DNA of 64,000 nucleotides, taken from the IMG/VR virus record IMGVR_UViG_3300025141_015556. One strand, given 5' to 3'. Each line of letters starts with the position of its first letter. Within the stretch, counting starts at the first letter, position 1. Below, one piece after another: positions 8,630-18,909 of the stretch. The stretch is from a virus. A program made the position numbers and the translations under genes. Below the pieces are notes generated by a model. That model was not told where the DNA came from, did not search any database, and saw only the letters and a program-made list of their open reading frames with translations.

Positions 8630-9022
8630 CTATATATCCTCTTTCTCGGGGCGCCAACTGCTGCTCCATCTTTCTTCTCTTCCTTCAATCCATTTTATAT
8701 AACATGAAAAACATGTTTCAAATTTGTTTATATACAAATCGTCTTGGAAGCTAAAAGAATATTTCTTGCAAACAGAACACGTCCTTTTTATATTTTCTCT
8801 ACTAAGTAGTTTTTTGTTTATTAAAAATCCGCCATGATCAACTTTCTCGGTTTGATTAACTATCTTTTCAAGCTTTTGATTTAATTCATGTGACTCTTGG
8901 ATGTATTTTTTTTCTTTTTCCTCGTCCCAAAGCTGCCTGGGGTTGTCTACCGCTTCTTTGCCATATTTTTGGGCGATAGCTTTTTCTAACTTGGGGATAT
9001 AGTTGGGGTCTTTGTCGGTCAT
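8630..9022 (-). CDS. Hypothetical protein with a possible zinc finger
   Basis: Two CxxC pairs (CSVC and CFSC). Confidence 0.55.
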   Translation of the reverse strand: MTDKDPNYIPKLEKAIAQKYGKEAVDNPRQLWDEEKEKKYIQESHELNQKLEKIVNQTEKVDHGGFLINKKLLSRENIKRTCSVCKKYSFSFQDDLYINKFETCFSCYIKWIEGREERWSSSWRPEKEDI

Positions 9023-9025
9023 GTT

Positions 9026-9571
9026 TTAAGGATAGGCGCCGATAGTAGCCGGGAGGGCGGTGGCCTTCATTATAAGATCACTGGTGACCCCTCCCCAATA
9101 CACGTTAACCGTTTGGCCAGCACCGCCGGCCGCAAAACCTAAATAAAAAGTGTACTCCTCGTCGGGCGTGAGACCCGTGAGCGTCCAGTATATGGTTAGA
9201 AGGGAGTAGTCGTTGAGTGTAGTGGTAAATAAAACAACAATCTGAGTATCCGATAAGGCTCCAATAGGCGTATAAGTGGCCCAAGTAGAGCCGTCATCTG
9301 ACAATGCGAACTGGGCCGAGTCGTTCGAGCCGGGGAGGCAGGTGAGGGTTGCAGCTATCTCCACGTTTCCCGAGGGAGATGCTCTAAAAGTTACCGAGTG
9401 TTTGTTTGACTTTCCGTCTTCAACATAGGCTACCGTCGCCGTTGTGGTGGTGTCGGTGATAAGGGTAGCAGCGCCATAGCGACTATATCCTACAATTGCG
9501 CCGGCGCCGTTGAAATATTTTCGAAGAAAACTCAGTAAGCGATTTCTAGATTTTAGCTCGGGGAAACTCAC
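9026..9571 (-). CDS. Hypothetical beta-rich protein (possible virion decoration or Ig/FN3-like)
   Basis: Thr-rich, with an FN3-like strand LTGLTPDEEYTFYL. Locally more GC-rich. Confidence 0.45.
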   Translation of the reverse strand: MSFPELKSRNRLLSFLRKYFNGAGAIVGYSRYGAATLITDTTTTATVAYVEDGKSNKHSVTFRASPSGNVEIAATLTCLPGSNDSAQFALSDDGSTWATYTPIGALSDTQIVVLFTTTLNDYSLLTIYWTLTGLTPDEEYTFYLGFAAGGAGQTVNVYWGGVTSDLIMKATALPATIGAYP

Positions 9572-10032
9572 TTCACTATTTCCGTCGATAGGGCAAAAAT
9601 TCCCAAAGACGTCAAGGTCCCAATTCCAAATCCCAGAGCAACCATAAAAGGCTCCGAGCCGGGCTTTTGCTTAAGTACAAGTTCTTGCAACCTTTCGTTT
9701 TCAGCAACTTTAAGAATCATCATGGATTCATACTTGTCTTTCCAAGAATGAATTTCAACATCTTTGAAGTCCAACTGTAATTGAAATCGTTCTTGTTGTA
9801 AATTAAGTTCATAGTCAATGCGCAAATCACATTCCGCATCCTCAAATTTCTTCTCCACTGCGATCTTAGCTGCGGCGTCTAAAGATAACAATACACCATC
9901 AAATGGCGCAGGCTCTCCCGCCTTTAATGAAGCTATGTCATACTCTGCTTTTTCTTCTTCGTCGTCGGCTACGGCAACCGTTGGAAAAATTAAAAACGAA
10001 ACCAAACAAAGCGATAATATCTTTTTAACCAT
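9568..10032 (-). CDS. Exported coiled-coil protein with a C-terminal membrane segment (spanin-like candidate)
   Basis: Signal peptide ending AVA|D, then a coiled coil, then hydrophobic FMVALGFGIGTLTSLGIFAL. Overlaps 10025..10444. Confidence 0.45.
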   Translation of the reverse strand: MVKKILSLCLVSFLIFPTVAVADDEEEKAEYDIASLKAGEPAPFDGVLLSLDAAAKIAVEKKFEDAECDLRIDYELNLQQERFQLQLDFKDVEIHSWKDKYESMMILKVAENERLQELVLKQKPGSEPFMVALGFGIGTLTSLGIFALSTEIVK

Positions 10033-10444
10033 ACCTCAATCCAAACGCTTCCGCTATTTCTCTCGACAGCTTCTCAGGATCATTATAATCCTCGTCCACT
10101 AGTTTTTTAAGCTCAGCTCTTTTCTTTTTGTCCAGCGTCTCATTTCTAGTTTTGAATTCCTTTTCTAGCTCCAGCATTCTTTTTTGATGTTCGGCCAATC
10201 TTTTATTCTTTTCTTCAACCTCTGTGCTATGAATGCGATCCAACGTTTCCATTTCATCATTGTGGGACGCGTCTTTAGACTCCATCAAGTCTAAAAGGGC
10301 AGCCAAATATGCTCCGTTGCGAGTAAGTGCTCCGATGAGAGCTACCGTTAAGAATCCCAATCCTAAAACAATTGCCCACCAGTACTTCTTAGCTTTAAGC
10401 CAAGCCTTTTTTAAAAAAGTTTTAACAGCCAGCCACTTCATCAC
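10025..10444 (-). CDS. i-spanin-like protein (N-terminal TM plus coiled coil)
   Basis: Basic N-terminus, a single TM (WWAIVLGLGFLTVALIGAL) and a long charged coiled coil. Follows the holin-like gene. Confidence 0.5.
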   Translation of the reverse strand: MMKWLAVKTFLKKAWLKAKKYWWAIVLGLGFLTVALIGALTRNGAYLAALLDLMESKDASHNDEMETLDRIHSTEVEEKNKRLAEHQKRMLELEKEFKTRNETLDKKKRAELKKLVDEDYNDPEKLSREIAEAFGLRYG

Positions 10445-10626
10445 TCAACCCCTTTTAATCTTGCTACCATGTCAACAACGCCCTGAGTTCCGATATAAAC
10501 CACAGTGATCATAGTCCAGTCCGCTGATGCCAGATCGGCAAACCCCAATAGGAAACAGGCGGTTATCCAAGCCAGGAGCTTGCGAGATACAAATTTCTCA
10601 AAACCCTTGTCTAATAAATGTTTCAT
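10441..10626 (-). CDS. Holin-like small 2-TM protein
   Basis: 61 aa, SRKLL followed by two TM helices. Strong GAGGAG SD and a late-promoter motif upstream. Confidence 0.55.
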   Translation of the reverse strand: MKHLLDKGFEKFVSRKLLAWITACFLLGFADLASADWTMITVVYIGTQGVVDMVARLKGVE

Positions 10627-10647
10627 AATCTTAGACTCCTCTCGTTA

Positions 10648-10654
10648 TAATTAG
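10648..10654 (-). promoter_or_regulatory. Candidate late promoter CTAATTA
   Basis: 22 nt upstream of ATG 10626, in an intergenic gap. Confidence 0.55.
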
Positions 10655-10671
10655 TCTAAAGAATTAATTTA

Positions 10672-13600
10672 TTACACCTGGACGTTTGCATAGTTCCCTC
10701 GTTTCTCGATTATAATTTGGGTATCAACACAATCTTTCAAACTCTCAAGATGAGAAATTAAAACAACTGTCTTGAAATACGATTTAATTATTTCAAGTAT
10801 CCGGATAAATCCTTCCATATTTTCTGCATCGAGAGCCGTCCCGGGCTCATCAAGAATAAATATGTCTCCCTTTGGCAAGCTAGAAACCGACAATAGCGCT
10901 AGACGAATAGCCATTGCGGCGATTGTTTTTTCTGCGCCAGATCCCAACTCTAGGGGCCGAGGTTCATGTTTGGGGTGCTTAATGAATATATTCAATCGCT
11001 TTCCATCGTCCTCAAAAAACACCTCAAATGAAACAATATTTGCCAATACCTTTGCCACCTCTTCATTAATAACAGGAAGCTGTTTCTTAATAATGTCATA
11101 GGCAATCCCATTAGAGTGCATACAACGAAGATACAAATCATAAGCTGCATATTCTTGCTGAATATTTTGATGGTCTCGTTTTTGAGTTTTAATATTTTCT
11201 AGTTTTTGTTCCATCGATCCGTTAGCTTTGTAAAGCTCTAAGATTTCATTATTACACCGTTCCCACTGTTTTTGCATTGAGTCTGTTTCTTTTTGAGCAG
11301 CTGTCTTTCGTTTTACTAAGTGCTCAAAATTTTCGATGGATTCTTCGTTTTCTTCATATATGACAATATCGCTTTCCAGAGTATATAATTCATTTTGCAA
11401 TGATAATATGGACGTCTTAGACCTTTCATGTTGCAGTTGCGTATCTTTTAACAGAGACACCATATTAGAGTATTCATTCATCGCGTCGTTGTACTTTGCT
11501 ATATGGAGCGTAGTTCTTTTTGGATCAAGTGTTATAATATATTCTTTTGTGCTCTTCGCAATTTCTAATTTGGATAATACTTTTGTTCGAAGAGGGGTTA
11601 CTTCGTCTTTAACTGCATGTGCATCTTTGATAAACTTACATTTGGGAAACTTATCCCCACACGGAACCTCATCCAAGAGCCGTAGTTTTTTACTTTTACT
11701 ATTATAATCTTTTTGCAGAAGTTTCGCCGCAGTGGTCAAATCAGAAAGCTCTCTGCTTTTTATATCGATTTCGTTCTGTTTTTCGTTAAGCTCATCAATA
11801 TCAAATTTTTCAATTACAGAAGAAAGGCGCTTCACGTTTTTATTAATTTCTTTTATTTTCTTAGCGTGCGCTACATTATTGTTCTTTTCAGTCTCGATCT
11901 TTTCTAATAATTGTTCTTTCTTTTGACGTATGCCCAAAATATCAATAATTTCACTTGGAATCGATTCTATCGACTCATTAATCTCGACCAATTGGGCCTC
12001 TTTGGCGGCCAGTTCTTCTTTTATCTCTTCGCACAATATCTTCTGGTCTCCTAAAGAAGCTCGATTAAGGCCGATATCTCTCTTTGCGTCGACTATTTCT
12101 TCATCAAAATTTCGATCTCCGACGCGTCGTATAAGGGCCTTAAGATCTGAGCTATCTTCCTTTGCATACTTAAATTTCCTTTCGAACACCTCTAGATCTA
12201 AAAACTTAGCCAGAATCTCTTTACGACGAGTAGAGCCTTCTTTAATAAACTGCAGCGAATCTAGCTGCGAAGCCATCGATGTTAGCAAAAAGTCCTCAAC
12301 GGTGCCAAACTTTTTTCTAATGTTGGCGTCGGTTTGTAATCTGCTCGTGCCATTAAAACTTGTAGTTTCATCTATAACAGGGTCATATACACTAAATTCT
12401 AAATCTGTTTTCGCCTCTAGGGTTTCTTCTCCCTTAAGGCGCTTTGTGTACTTCTGAGATGTCCTTTCAATAGAATAAACTTTAGAACCAATACGCAATT
12501 CAGCGGCGCCTCTGCATTCTTCTTTGTTCTGATTTATTATATTAAGATTTTTTCGTTCGTTCTTGGATGTGGTATTAAATATTGTATACAGCAGCCCATC
12601 AATAATGCTAGACTTTCCAGAATAGTTTTTACCAAAAATGCCAACAATGCCATTAACATTTTCAAAATTAATTTTATTATTAGAGCCGTAATTAAACAAA
12701 TTATCCCACTCAAATGATTTAAGCTTCCAATTAATATTCCTAGCTACGTCTTCGCTATCTTCGGCCGCTTTATTATACTTTTGATTTAAATCAAAAACCC
12801 TCTGTAGCATATCTTCAGAGGCCTCAAAACCTTCCAAATATTCTTTTATAAGTCTTTCTTGTACTGAAATGTCACGCAAATTTTCTTTCAGAAATTTGTT
12901 GCCATTTAAATCAACACTGCCGCGCTCGCCTGCAGCGCGATTCAAAAATGTAATTGATTCAGGGTGAAATCTATGGCGCGCGATATCGACGGCGCGCTTC
13001 ATAACATTTAAAGGAAGATTATTATTACTTACTAGTCGTAAACGCGCGTTTTTGGGCACTGCGGCGCCCTTGGGCATTCGCCCCTTTGTGGTCAATTCAA
13101 TGGTAATAAAGGGCTTCGGATTAGAAAGTAAAACATGTCGAACATTAAAAACGTCCTTGTTCTCAATTTCCCAAATTAAAAAACCTTTATCATTGGTCTC
13201 GCCGTGATTCTGCTGCACGATTGAGCCGCTATAGCGAACGCGGCCGGCCGGGTCCAAAATTTGATTAGTCTTGTGAATATCCCCCAACATAGCATAATCA
13301 AAACCTTCAAAAATAGAGACATCGTGATCTCCATGATCCATTACCCAGCCAACATCCGTTTGCACTCCCACGACCGATCCATGATAAAACGCAATATTTA
13401 TTTTATCTAAATCGGTTGGCTTTACCCAATTATCTTCATCGAAGACGCTCAATACATTAAAGCAGAGATCGGCATTAACGTGAACCTCTCCGGCATCCTT
13501 TAATAGGTGCAAATTATTGTGATTTAATGCTTCAACAATAGGAGTAATGGCATCTTGCCTCGATGAATTACGTAAATTTCCATCATGGTTGCCCAAAATA

Positions 13601-13827
13601 ACATAGGTTGGAGCTATCTCCGCCAAACTATTAAGGAAATTAGAACACATATCTACAAATTCTGGCGATATTTGTGTCTTTGTATGGGCGATATCTCCGC
13701 CAATATAGATGTAATCGACTTTTTCAGAACGCAAAGCCTCATACATCTGTTCGAAGACCTTCTTATATTCCCAGTGATATTTTAAATTTTTAATGTGCAC
13801 ATCGGCACAATGCGCGATTTTATACAT
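10672..13827 (-). CDS. Fused Mre11/SbcD nuclease and Rad50/SbcC ATPase (gp47-gp46-like fusion)
   Basis: Metallophosphoesterase motifs ADVH, GGDIAH, GNHD and GDIH, then Walker A GKNYSGKSS, a coiled coil, signature GSGAEK, Walker B ILDEPG and ISH. Confidence 0.93.
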   Translation of the reverse strand: MYKIAHCADVHIKNLKYHWEYKKVFEQMYEALRSEKVDYIYIGGDIAHTKTQISPEFVDMCSNFLNSLAEIAPTYVILGNHDGNLRNSSRQDAITPIVEALNHNNLHLLKDAGEVHVNADLCFNVLSVFDEDNWVKPTDLDKINIAFYHGSVVGVQTDVGWVMDHGDHDVSIFEGFDYAMLGDIHKTNQILDPAGRVRYSGSIVQQNHGETNDKGFLIWEIENKDVFNVRHVLLSNPKPFITIELTTKGRMPKGAAVPKNARLRLVSNNNLPLNVMKRAVDIARHRFHPESITFLNRAAGERGSVDLNGNKFLKENLRDISVQERLIKEYLEGFEASEDMLQRVFDLNQKYNKAAEDSEDVARNINWKLKSFEWDNLFNYGSNNKINFENVNGIVGIFGKNYSGKSSIIDGLLYTIFNTTSKNERKNLNIINQNKEECRGAAELRIGSKVYSIERTSQKYTKRLKGEETLEAKTDLEFSVYDPVIDETTSFNGTSRLQTDANIRKKFGTVEDFLLTSMASQLDSLQFIKEGSTRRKEILAKFLDLEVFERKFKYAKEDSSDLKALIRRVGDRNFDEEIVDAKRDIGLNRASLGDQKILCEEIKEELAAKEAQLVEINESIESIPSEIIDILGIRQKKEQLLEKIETEKNNNVAHAKKIKEINKNVKRLSSVIEKFDIDELNEKQNEIDIKSRELSDLTTAAKLLQKDYNSKSKKLRLLDEVPCGDKFPKCKFIKDAHAVKDEVTPLRTKVLSKLEIAKSTKEYIITLDPKRTTLHIAKYNDAMNEYSNMVSLLKDTQLQHERSKTSILSLQNELYTLESDIVIYEENEESIENFEHLVKRKTAAQKETDSMQKQWERCNNEILELYKANGSMEQKLENIKTQKRDHQNIQQEYAAYDLYLRCMHSNGIAYDIIKKQLPVINEEVAKVLANIVSFEVFFEDDGKRLNIFIKHPKHEPRPLELGSGAEKTIAAMAIRLALLSVSSLPKGDIFILDEPGTALDAENMEGFIRILEIIKSYFKTVVLISHLESLKDCVDTQIIIEKRGNYANVQV

Positions 13828-13830
13828 ATT

Positions 13831-14763
13831 TTATCGAATTGTGTTGGTTTTGGATATCATATATTCATCGAAATCCATTCTTTTTGCTTTCTTTTTTCGA
13901 TCGATGAACCGTTCCGCTGTCATTTCACCCACGTCTGCATAGGGGCTTACTTCTATCATATAGAGTTCAACGTCGTATGTCAAGAGTTTTTTAATTATTT
14001 CTAATGATTTATTTTCTGCATCCGGATCGAGGGCGATATATACAGGCGTGTCATTCTTTACTATTTTCTGAAAAAGCTTTGACTCTTCTCTTAGGGTAGA
14101 GCCCAGCATCGGTACTGCATTGCGGCCGGCTTTTATTGCATCAAAAACGCCTTCAACCAAAATTACATCTGATGTCCAATCAATAAATAAATCATTAAAC
14201 ACAATGTCCCGGCCAACAGGGGGGTTTTTATATTTTGAATAATCTCCCGTATATGATCGAGCAATAAAATAATCAACATCGCCATCCTCATTAAATGAAG
14301 GTACAATAACCCTATTCTCATATTCTCCAGAAGAGCAGTACCCCATCTTCCACCAAATTATATCCTTTTTGGCTAGGCCTCTTTCTTTTAAATATTTTCG
14401 AGCTTGAAAGCCTGTTGGTGGGATTTCCTTATTTGCTAATGAAATAAACTCTTTTGGCAGTTCTGCCACCTGTTTGTCTTCTTTTGGGAAATCAAAAAGA
14501 GTTTCTAAAATAGAATAATCGACGCGGGCTTCTAATTGTTCCCATTGCTGTCGATGTTTATAGGTTCCAAATTTACGAACTATTCTTTGTATATTGATAC
14601 CACGCGAATCGCATATCCAGCATTTATAGGCATTTTTTTCAATATTAATTGAAAATTTCCTTTTGTGGTGGTCGCAATAGGGACAATAAAACAAATATTC
14701 GCTTCTTGATTTGCTATACGCACCAAGAATGTCTTTTAAGATTTTAAGCTTTTTTTCTTCCAT
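13831..14763 (-). CDS. DNA primase (DnaG/gp61-like)
   Basis: Zinc-binding domain CPYCDHH...CWIC and TOPRIM motifs LVEGVFDA and ALDPDA. Confidence 0.9.
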   Translation of the reverse strand: MEEKKLKILKDILGAYSKSRSEYLFYCPYCDHHKRKFSINIEKNAYKCWICDSRGINIQRIVRKFGTYKHRQQWEQLEARVDYSILETLFDFPKEDKQVAELPKEFISLANKEIPPTGFQARKYLKERGLAKKDIIWWKMGYCSSGEYENRVIVPSFNEDGDVDYFIARSYTGDYSKYKNPPVGRDIVFNDLFIDWTSDVILVEGVFDAIKAGRNAVPMLGSTLREESKLFQKIVKNDTPVYIALDPDAENKSLEIIKKLLTYDVELYMIEVSPYADVGEMTAERFIDRKKKAKRMDFDEYMISKTNTIR

Positions 14764-15269
14764 AATTCACATGCGGCGCGCGCCACTATAAGGCTGTCCG
14801 CACGATCATAATAGCCGGGTCGAGGATTCCCACTTCTTGTATATTCTACCTTAAAATTGGGTTCCGTGTCAAGTAAAAACTGAAATACTTTCTGTTTTGC
14901 TTTTTCGCCGCGGCGTACGCTTATGCCGCATGTTTTTCTTGCAGATGGCGCAGCAATGTAGTTTGGCTCCATCCCATAAAAACTATACATCAACCATGAG
15001 ACTACGCCATTAAAGCGCGCCAATGTGGAGAGAGTATGAGCAGAAGAAAATCCAGAACGAAACGATTGTAACGATTGTTCAATCCAAATTTCCTGCACCA
15101 CGGTCTGCGTAAATCTTCTATCTTCGAAGTATTTTTTTACAACTTCTATCTTTTTGAAAAAACTTTTATGTTTACGCGTATCTATATGATCGCATACTAA
15201 AATTTCACCATGTTTATTAACTATACTTACACCAGTAATACTTGTACTTACATCTAATCCTAAAAACAT
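14736..15269 (-). CDS. RuvC-like Holliday junction resolvase
   Basis: RNase H-fold catalytic pattern LGLDVSTSITG, WIEQ and DRADS. Confidence 0.8.
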   Translation of the reverse strand: MFLGLDVSTSITGVSIVNKHGEILVCDHIDTRKHKSFFKKIEVVKKYFEDRRFTQTVVQEIWIEQSLQSFRSGFSSAHTLSTLARFNGVVSWLMYSFYGMEPNYIAAPSARKTCGISVRRGEKAKQKVFQFLLDTEPNFKVEYTRSGNPRPGYYDRADSLIVARAACELWKKKSLKS

Positions 15270-16786
15270 TAAATATCCAATTTAAGTTTAAAGACAAAAT
15301 CCCTATTCTCCGTTTTCTTAATTGGTGTAGCGGTTTTTGCTATAGCAATTAAGTTTTTATTTGAATCATATATACCCACTTTAGAAACATATGTTGTCTT
15401 TTGAAAACTTGCTGTAGGATCATTATACGACGAACTGACAATATTTTTAACCGATGCGTTAACATTTTCTCTATAACTATACAGGCCGGTTGTCGGTGAC
15501 ATTGGGGGCGTTAACAAATTGTTTGAATCAAAACTGTGTGATACAAATGTAGGATTATTTGAATAGTTTAGTTCTCCTTTGTTGGCTTTAGCAAACATAG
15601 TAATGGTTTGTAGTCTCGTTGTGCCAGAAAATTCCAACGAAAAAGATGAGCTTACACACGCCTGGGCCAAAGTTACAGGAGAACCGGATATTGGCTGCGC
15701 AAAATATGGCCATCTTGGACTGTCCACAGAACCCTCAACATATTCCTCTGCGTGAGACGCATTTATAGTATCACCAAGAGCATAAGACGAAGTTAATATA
15801 ATAAACCCTTCGTTATATAGAACAATTCCGGCGACACTCCCTGTTCCGATGCCGCCCGGTGGGTTGACCTGTACTAATTCACCATTTCGATTGATATCCT
15901 GCAGTTCTCCAGCAACGGCACCAGAAATATAAAATTTAAGATTTACACTTCCTCTTTTAATCGCGTCGCCATAAAATATAGAAGGAATAGAAAGAAGCCC
16001 AACATTAATAGCGCCAACGCCGCCCAGGAGCGGCAAACCGGTTCGATCATCGTATACGTATGATGGGGTGCTTTGCGCCATTCCGCCCGGGCCACTTTGT
16101 GCGTCCTCGGGGTTGCTAGTAACGGTTGAAGAAGACGCCAACAAATCGCGATCATACAACTCTTTAGAAGATGATACTTCATAATGCCGACTCAAATAGG
16201 TATAGCTATTGAGAACACTTTTAAGCGCGAATAGGTTTGTTACGGTACCGGGTACGATATCAGTTGGGGGTGCCGTTTGGGTGCGCGTCGTTGGCACCTG
16301 CCGAGCCAACGTAGAGGGATAATATTCTTTTGTAATAGAAGCAGAATATGGATAACTAGCAGATATTATAGCCCCATAATCCATTGTATTATATGCCAAA
16401 TTGCTGACAGTATTAAAAGCAATTCTGCTACCATCCTTAACCATAAACGGATAAATAAGACCAGAGTTAACTACATTCTGTTCCGGATTAGGTGAATTGC
16501 CTCCGAATGGTTGCATGTGAATCGCATCCGTTGGAAGGCCCTTGGGCCCTTGCTGGCCGGCGTCTCCTTGCTCGATTGGAGCGCTGCCGGAACGATCAAT
16601 ATTATACTCATAAAGACTTACCGAGCCGGGAGGCACCATTTTTGCTTCTTTGTTATATGCAGAAGCGCTGATGGTGGTTTCGTTGTTATACCAAACACTT
16701 CCACTGTAAATAAAAAATTTTACAGATGGGTAGGTTTTTAAAGTATTGACAAGCTTATCAGTCGGTGCAAACTTATAATAAGGCAT
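15269..16786 (-). CDS. Virion structural protein (baseplate/tail-fibre attachment-like); paralog of 16795..17958
   Basis: Shares IKRGS, GIVLYNEG, ELNYSNNPTF and C-terminal VGIYDSNKNLIAIAK...KLKLDI with its neighbour. Confidence 0.6.
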   Translation of the reverse strand: MPYYKFAPTDKLVNTLKTYPSVKFFIYSGSVWYNNETTISASAYNKEAKMVPPGSVSLYEYNIDRSGSAPIEQGDAGQQGPKGLPTDAIHMQPFGGNSPNPEQNVVNSGLIYPFMVKDGSRIAFNTVSNLAYNTMDYGAIISASYPYSASITKEYYPSTLARQVPTTRTQTAPPTDIVPGTVTNLFALKSVLNSYTYLSRHYEVSSSKELYDRDLLASSSTVTSNPEDAQSGPGGMAQSTPSYVYDDRTGLPLLGGVGAINVGLLSIPSIFYGDAIKRGSVNLKFYISGAVAGELQDINRNGELVQVNPPGGIGTGSVAGIVLYNEGFIILTSSYALGDTINASHAEEYVEGSVDSPRWPYFAQPISGSPVTLAQACVSSSFSLEFSGTTRLQTITMFAKANKGELNYSNNPTFVSHSFDSNNLLTPPMSPTTGLYSYRENVNASVKNIVSSSYNDPTASFQKTTYVSKVGIYDSNKNLIAIAKTATPIKKTENRDFVFKLKLDI

Positions 16787-16794
16787 CTCATTCC

Positions 16795-17958
16795 TTAATA
16801 ATCCAACCTAACCCTCAAAGTAAATTCAGTGCTCGGGGTCTTCTTGAGGACCTCTCCGTTCTTGAATTCAACAACCATCTGATTATATTCATTAAAAAGG
16901 CCTCCGCCACAAATATAAGAAATCGGCTCATCTTCTGGGTTTTGTTTAACTCTAATGTGACTTCCACCGCCGGCCGATGTGCTCACATATGTTGGATTAG
17001 AAGAATAATTAAATTCTCCATTGTGAACTCGTAAGAAATAAATTGTGGAATTTAATTCCGTTGTATTGTTAAATTGAACATTAGCAATTCTATTTCTCAA
17101 TGAGTCTGCATTCCCTGATATAGAGGCGCTAATAAAAGATGCGCTCACTGATGAAGTCGTATATGTGGTTGTGCTATTCGGTCCAATATAGTTGTCGAGA
17201 TCGACCTCATATCTGCCGGTGGGCCCGGCGCCAGAAGGAAAAGGAAGGTGGAATATGGATGCGCTAATAACGGCAATTCCTGCTTGATAATATAAAAGCC
17301 CATATGGGATCCCGGTACCAGCAGAACTACTATGTAAAAGGGTATACTCCCCGGCTGGCGAGTTCGTCAAATAAGTAGTTGAGCTGCCATCATAAAGAGT
17401 CAAGAAACCATTTCTGCCGCCGCCGGATTCGCCGAGGCCGGATGAAAGTTGTAGACAGGTGCCACCAGTAATAAAAGTAATTTGGAAGGTGCCTTTCTTA
17501 ATCTCATCCTTTGTTAGCAGGCGCGCAAAATTGATGAAATAAACCTCATTTAATTTCCTCCCGCCGGATGCGAGATCCCCATCTTCATCAAAGCGTCGTA
17601 TGGCGCCATTTTCATCATGACCAACCAATATCTGTGCCATCTCGTTATATGTATTAATTTTCTTGGCCTGAACGTTTCTGTATATTCCCGAGGCGCCGAC
17701 GGTGCCAGAAAGGCCAGATCCGGTCGAATACCCCATTGTGATATCAAGAATATGATTCGCCGAAGAACTTAAATAAGGATAGTCGTAAACAGATTGAAAA
17801 ATACCGTGTGAAAAATTCTTAATATTAAAGGAGGTGCCATCTTGGCGATCATACGTTCCAGATAAAATTGTACCGGTAAGTGGAATCGCTTCATGTAACA
17901 TAGACCTTGTGCTTACTATGTCGTCGGGATTAACTGTTTTAAATGTTGAAATTGGCAT
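16795..17958 (-). CDS. Virion structural protein; paralog of 15269..16786
   Basis: Motifs IKKGT, GLLYYQAG, EFNYSSNPTY and C-terminal GLFNEYNQ...RVRLDY. Confidence 0.6.
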   Translation of the reverse strand: MPISTFKTVNPDDIVSTRSMLHEAIPLTGTILSGTYDRQDGTSFNIKNFSHGIFQSVYDYPYLSSSANHILDITMGYSTGSGLSGTVGASGIYRNVQAKKINTYNEMAQILVGHDENGAIRRFDEDGDLASGGRKLNEVYFINFARLLTKDEIKKGTFQITFITGGTCLQLSSGLGESGGGRNGFLTLYDGSSTTYLTNSPAGEYTLLHSSSAGTGIPYGLLYYQAGIAVISASIFHLPFPSGAGPTGRYEVDLDNYIGPNSTTTYTTSSVSASFISASISGNADSLRNRIANVQFNNTTELNSTIYFLRVHNGEFNYSSNPTYVSTSAGGGSHIRVKQNPEDEPISYICGGGLFNEYNQMVVEFKNGEVLKKTPSTEFTLRVRLDY

Positions 17959-17973
17959 TATTTTTTTCTCTTT

Positions 17974-18891
17974 CTATATTGATCTAACTAGCCTAACTGG
18001 AATATCTAAACGATATCCGGTATATACCCCAGTTACGCGTACGACAGTGTCGATATATTTATACTTACTAGCCTCAAGTTCGGCGCCATCCGAATTCGCA
18101 AGAGCTGCGGTGCCGGTATTACCGATTTGATTGAATAAAGTCACAGAAGTGTTTATTTCACTAGAGGCAAGAATCTTAAAAGCACCTCTAATGCCGCGCG
18201 CGCCTTCAATACTTGAGGCGACTTGAATTCCGGGCGCTATAGATCTTAGCCATGGAATTCCTGATAAGGTATAGGTTGCAATATTATCATCATCTCTAAA
18301 AGACCAATTCGCCTGATTACCCTTTTCATCAGTTATTTTTATCAATCTATCATCCACCTCAATCATAATAGCACTTTCGCGTAGATCTTGATGAAGCCTA
18401 TTCGCCGCAGTCTCATTAATGGTATCTTGGCCTTGATCAAATGCAATTGCATTATCGGTGGCCGAAGGCTGATCACCATTTAGTATTCCGCTCTGTAAGG
18501 AGCCTGCGCCATCCTTATTAAGAGTAAGAACCGTTGTACTATTAACCGGCACTACATATGTATTAAGCGCTTCATAATTCTGATATATTCCTTCTTTAAA
18601 TAATTTCAGTATGGGCAAATATAATAGATCATCGCGATTCATGGTAACCAATCTAGATTTATTGGCAGCACTTTGAGTAAAGGGCTCTAATATGGGAGTC
18701 TGCAAAATTTGTAAATCATAATAGGGAGATCCATTTATATTTAGTCCATCATAGAGTTCATAATTTACTTCACCATCAAACAAAGCGAATTTTTTAACAC
18801 CAAGGCCCTGGCCGGAAGCTAACAGCTCTTTCCCTGTCCTCGTTAACGTCGCATACATAATTATGTCGCCTGAATTGTCTATATAAGCCAT
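17974..18891 (-). CDS. Virion structural protein (baseplate-like); N-terminal paralog of 26509..27510
   Basis: ATLTRTGKELLASG...KFALFDGEVNY matches LQLTEYGKYLLSMG...YYAFFDDEILY. Confidence 0.6.
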   Translation of the reverse strand: MAYIDNSGDIIMYATLTRTGKELLASGQGLGVKKFALFDGEVNYELYDGLNINGSPYYDLQILQTPILEPFTQSAANKSRLVTMNRDDLLYLPILKLFKEGIYQNYEALNTYVVPVNSTTVLTLNKDGAGSLQSGILNGDQPSATDNAIAFDQGQDTINETAANRLHQDLRESAIMIEVDDRLIKITDEKGNQANWSFRDDDNIATYTLSGIPWLRSIAPGIQVASSIEGARGIRGAFKILASSEINTSVTLFNQIGNTGTAALANSDGAELEASKYKYIDTVVRVTGVYTGYRLDIPVRLVRSI

Positions 18892-18909
18892 ATTTTTTTC
18901 CTCTATATA

